Shown here: in pieces, positions 60,826 through 64,000 of the stretch
Position numbering within the stretch: the stretch's first letter is position 1
Layout: every line of letters starts with the position of its first letter
NCBI GenBank assembly: GCA_934130085.1
Contig: CAKOXK010000001.1
Location: 7,288-71,287, forward strand
Reading direction: 5' to 3'
Origin: an uncultured Clostridia bacterium
GTDB taxonomy: Bacteria; Bacillota; Clostridia; TANB77; CAG-508
Length of the DNA stretch: 64,000 nucleotides
The notes under the pieces: model-generated
Databases searched by the model: none
Seen by the model: the letters and a program-made list of their open reading frames with translations, nothing else
What the model was told of the DNA's origin: nothing
Made by a program: the position numbers and the translations under genes

Positions 60826-61395
60826 ATGAAAGGAAGAGATAATATGCCAGGAATAATAATTGCAATTATAATAATTGTATTAATTTTAGCATTTATATTC
60901 GGAACATATAATTCTTTAGTACAATTAAGAAACAAAGTAAAAGAAGCATTTTCTACAATGGATGTATATCTAAAGAAAAGATGGGACTTAATACCAAACC
61001 TAGTTGAAACAGTAAAAGGTTATGCAAGTCACGAAGCAAAAACTTTAGAAGAGGTTACAAACTTAAGAAACAAATCATACTCTGATCTTGATCAAAGCGA
61101 AAAGGTTGATGTAAATAATAAACTTACAAGTTGCATCAATAAGCTATTAGCTGTTGCTGAGAATTACCCAGACTTAAAAGCTAATACAAATTTCTTGGAT
61201 TTAAGCAATCAACTAACTGGAATTGAAAATGATATTGCAAACTCACGTAAATATTACAATGCAACAGTTAGAAACTTAAATGATAAGGTTCAAATGTTCC
61301 CAAGCAACATTGTTGCAGGTATGTTTGGATTCAAAGAAGAAAAAATGTTTGAAGCAAACGAGCAAGAAAGAGAAAATGTAAAAGTACAATTCTAA
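60826..61395 (+). CDS. lemA: LemA family protein
   Basis: 189 aa. N-terminal TM. YNSLVQLRNKVKEAFSTMDVYLKKRWDLIPNLVETVKGYASHE matches the LemA signature. Confidence 0.85.
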   Translation: MKGRDNMPGIIIAIIIIVLILAFIFGTYNSLVQLRNKVKEAFSTMDVYLKKRWDLIPNLVETVKGYASHEAKTLEEVTNLRNKSYSDLDQSEKVDVNNKLTSCINKLLAVAENYPDLKANTNFLDLSNQLTGIENDIANSRKYYNATVRNLNDKVQMFPSNIVAGMFGFKEEKMFEANEQERENVKVQF

Positions 61396-61626
61396 CATAA
61401 ATTACTTTAAACTATTCGAAGGTTACATTTCCTTTTGAAAGTTTAAAGTAATTTTTTGTTTAAAGACGTAAAACATAGAAATGAAAAAAATAAAACTAAA
61501 GAAACAAAAAAATAAATAGTAATAGATAAAAAAATAAAAAACTAAGAAAGCACGCATTAAAATTTTAAAAAGAAAGATAAAGAACAAAAGAAAATATTAA
61601 TAATTAATTTAGAAATAGGGGGACTT

Positions 61627-63588
61627 ATGAAAAACAAATTAAGAAAAATACTTACTCTAGTATTCATTGCACAATTAATTATATCAATTTTTTCAATAAA
61701 ATCACTTGCATTATCAATTCCTAATTCTGATAGCATATACAATACATATAAATCTTATATTAGCTATAGCGAAAATGATGAGGATGATAATGAAGATTCA
61801 ATATATGAAAATTTGAACGACAGTTACACTTATGATGAGAAAGAATCTTACGAGCAATTATCTGCTAAGGGTAATTTATTAAGGGGATATTCATCAAATG
61901 GATATTTCATAAATTCTTATGATGTAAAAATAAATGCTAACGAAGATAATACATACAACATAACCGAAACAATCGAAGCATTTTTCGAAAGGTCAAGAAA
62001 CAAACACGGTATAATAAGAAAAATACCTTTGAAAAATACTGTAAAAAGACAAGATGGTACATCAGAAACTAACAGAGCAAATATTACAGATATAAGCGTA
62101 AATGATTCATATACTGTATCAAAAGAAAACGGGGAATGTAAAATAAGAATAGGAAGCGCAGAAAGAACAGTCACAGGATTAAAAAAATATGTTATAAAAT
62201 ACAAATATAATTTTGGAAATGATAAAAACAAGAATTTTGATGAGTTATATTTAAACATTATTGGTAATAGTTGGGACACCTCAATAAGAAAAATCACCTT
62301 TACAATCAATATGCCTAAAGGATTTGATTCTTCAAAAGTTGGATTTTCGTCAGGCTATTATGGCAAAATTAGCGCAAATGATGAATCGGACAATGAATCA
62401 GATAATGAAGCGGATGATAATGGGGTGGTATTTAACGTAACAGGCAATACAATAACAGGTTATTATTTAGGATTTCTTGAACCATTACAAGGAATAACCT
62501 TAAGAATTCAATTACCTCAAGGCTATTTTGTAGAACAAAAACTACATATAACATTATTTGACTTTGTATCATTTATTCTTCCAATTATATTTATAGTTGT
62601 TGCAATAATTTTGTGGAAAAGATACGGAAAAGATGAAAAACCAGTTGAAACAGTAGAATTTTATCCACCAGAAGAATTTAATAGCCTAGATGTAGGATAT
62701 TTCTATGATGGGAAAGTAAAGAACAATCACATAATTTCTTTGTTAGTATATCTAGCCAATAAAGGATATATAGAAATAAAGGAAATAGAAAAAAGCGGAT
62801 TATTTACAAAAAAACATACGTATCAAATTAACAAGATAAAGGAATATGATGGAAGTAATTCTACAGAAAAAGTATTTCTTGATGGATTATTTGATTGTGG
62901 AATTAATGGAATAGTAAGAGAAGAGGATTTGGTTGATGAATTTTATAAAACAATAGCCGATGTCTCAAAACAAGAAGAAAGAGTTCATAAAGCAGATTTA
63001 TATACCAAACAATCTGGCAGAAAATCTATAACGGTTGCTTTTCTATTTATGATTAACATATTTATAACTATCTTTTGCTTCGGAAATTATACAAGTGAGA
63101 ATTACTTTACATTTCAAGAGCATACATTAGATTTAATAGAAACAATATACAATGTAACAGCATCAGTTATATTATTTATAACACTAGCAAAAATGCCAAA
63201 AAGAACAGAATATGGAACTGAAATGCTAGGAAAAATAAAAGGATTTAGAAACTTCTTAGAAACAGCAGAAAAAGATAAACTTGAAAAATTAGTAAAAGAA
63301 GATCCAAAATATTTTTACAACATATTACCATATACTTACTCTCTAGGAGTATCAAAAGTTTGGATGGATAAATTCGAAACAATGGCAATACAAACACCTC
63401 CACCAACATGGTATTCAGGATATGATGCTTTTGATATGATAAGATTTAATGCATTTATGAATAGCACAATGAAGTCAGCAACAACCGCAATGACATCAAC
63501 TCCAAGTAGTAGTTCATCAGGTGGAGGATACTCAGGAGGAGGTTTCTCTGGTGGAGGCTCAGGAGGAGGAGGAGGAAGCTCATGGTAG
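61627..63588 (+). CDS. DUF2207-family membrane protein (LemA partner) with C-terminal Gly/Ser-rich tail
   Basis: 653 aa. Signal peptide, large extracytoplasmic domain, central TM cluster, C-terminal SSSGGGYSGGGFSGGGSGGGGGSSW. Position after lemA is typical. Confidence 0.7.
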   Translation: MKNKLRKILTLVFIAQLIISIFSIKSLALSIPNSDSIYNTYKSYISYSENDEDDNEDSIYENLNDSYTYDEKESYEQLSAKGNLLRGYSSNGYFINSYDVKINANEDNTYNITETIEAFFERSRNKHGIIRKIPLKNTVKRQDGTSETNRANITDISVNDSYTVSKENGECKIRIGSAERTVTGLKKYVIKYKYNFGNDKNKNFDELYLNIIGNSWDTSIRKITFTINMPKGFDSSKVGFSSGYYGKISANDESDNESDNEADDNGVVFNVTGNTITGYYLGFLEPLQGITLRIQLPQGYFVEQKLHITLFDFVSFILPIIFIVVAIILWKRYGKDEKPVETVEFYPPEEFNSLDVGYFYDGKVKNNHIISLLVYLANKGYIEIKEIEKSGLFTKKHTYQINKIKEYDGSNSTEKVFLDGLFDCGINGIVREEDLVDEFYKTIADVSKQEERVHKADLYTKQSGRKSITVAFLFMINIFITIFCFGNYTSENYFTFQEHTLDLIETIYNVTASVILFITLAKMPKRTEYGTEMLGKIKGFRNFLETAEKDKLEKLVKEDPKYFYNILPYTYSLGVSKVWMDKFETMAIQTPPPTWYSGYDAFDMIRFNAFMNSTMKSATTAMTSTPSSSSSGGGYSGGGFSGGGSGGGGGSSW

Positions 63589-63761
63589 TAGAAAAGTATA
63601 AAAAGTTTTAAATCGTCAAGTAAAAGATTAAATGCAATTTTGTAGAGTAAATGAAATTTGTACGAGAAAAAGTTTTAAATTAATAGTATATGGGGAAAAA
63701 GCTTGATAATTAAATTTTATTATGATATAAATTAAGTAGTTTTGTATTACAGGAGGATATA

Positions 63762-64000
63762 ATGGATAACAAAGAAAGACCAGAAGATGAAAGAAAAATC
63801 GTATTAGGTGTTGATGATGAAGAAGCAATACTTGATTTACTAAAATTCAATATTGAAAAAGAAGGATTTAAATTCATATCTGCTACAAATGGAGAAGATG
63901 CCATAAAAATTGCAAAAGAACAAAATCCAGATATAATCTTATTAGATGTTATGCTACCTAAAATGGATGGACTTACTGTATGCAAAAAAATAAGACAAGA
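63762..64000 (+). CDS. Response regulator receiver domain protein (partial; continues beyond window end)
   Basis: ATG 63762 after RBS AGGAGGATATA. KIVLGVDDEEAILDLL...DIILLDVMLPKMDGL has the D-D...D...K receiver-domain layout. Confidence 0.7.
   Translation, partial: MDNKERPEDERKIVLGVDDEEAILDLLKFNIEKEGFKFISATNGEDAIKIAKEQNPDIILLDVMLPKMDGLTVCKKIRQ

Overview
AT-rich (roughly 28-30% GC) chromosomal segment from a spore-forming, low-GC Firmicute, most likely Clostridia-like. The backbone is conserved housekeeping and sporulation genes with good Bacillus/Clostridium-type synteny: ypeB (partial), a ugtP-like GT28 gene, yqeK, a J-domain protein, yhaO/yhaN-like SbcD/SbcC homologues, prfA, pcrA, ylaK, mecA, radC-mreBCD-mrdA, spoIIE, acpS-tatD-yabE, cwlD, xth and lemA/DUF2207. 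Accessory or unusual content is interspersed among these. (1) A TIR-bounded, GC-rich ~125-bp structured repeat family (MITE/REP-like) occurs in at least 4 copies; one copy sits exactly at the junction that splits a giant cyclic beta-1,2-glucan-synthase-like gene (GT84 + glucanase-like + GH94) into two ORFs. (2) A 7-unit tandem array of 32-bp hairpin repeats lies in the spoIIE 3' region. (3) An 8-unit, 33-bp-periodic 'TGTGATAAA' array is bracketed by terminators. (4) An orphan VirD4/TraG-type coupling-protein ATPase sits with a J-domain protein and two unknown small genes, directly upstream of the SbcD/SbcC-like pair and without any T4SS or relaxase. (5) Two adjacent giant surface proteins of 1589 and 1984 aa carry DUF11 / Cna-B modules and a PPxTG-type sorting signal. 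(6) A tandem pair of uncharacterized paralogues carries duplicated leaders. (7) A TehB-like methyltransferase is frameshifted. No tRNA, rRNA or CRISPR was found. The ORF-track entries antisense to the large genes are low-complexity artefacts of the AT-rich sequence.
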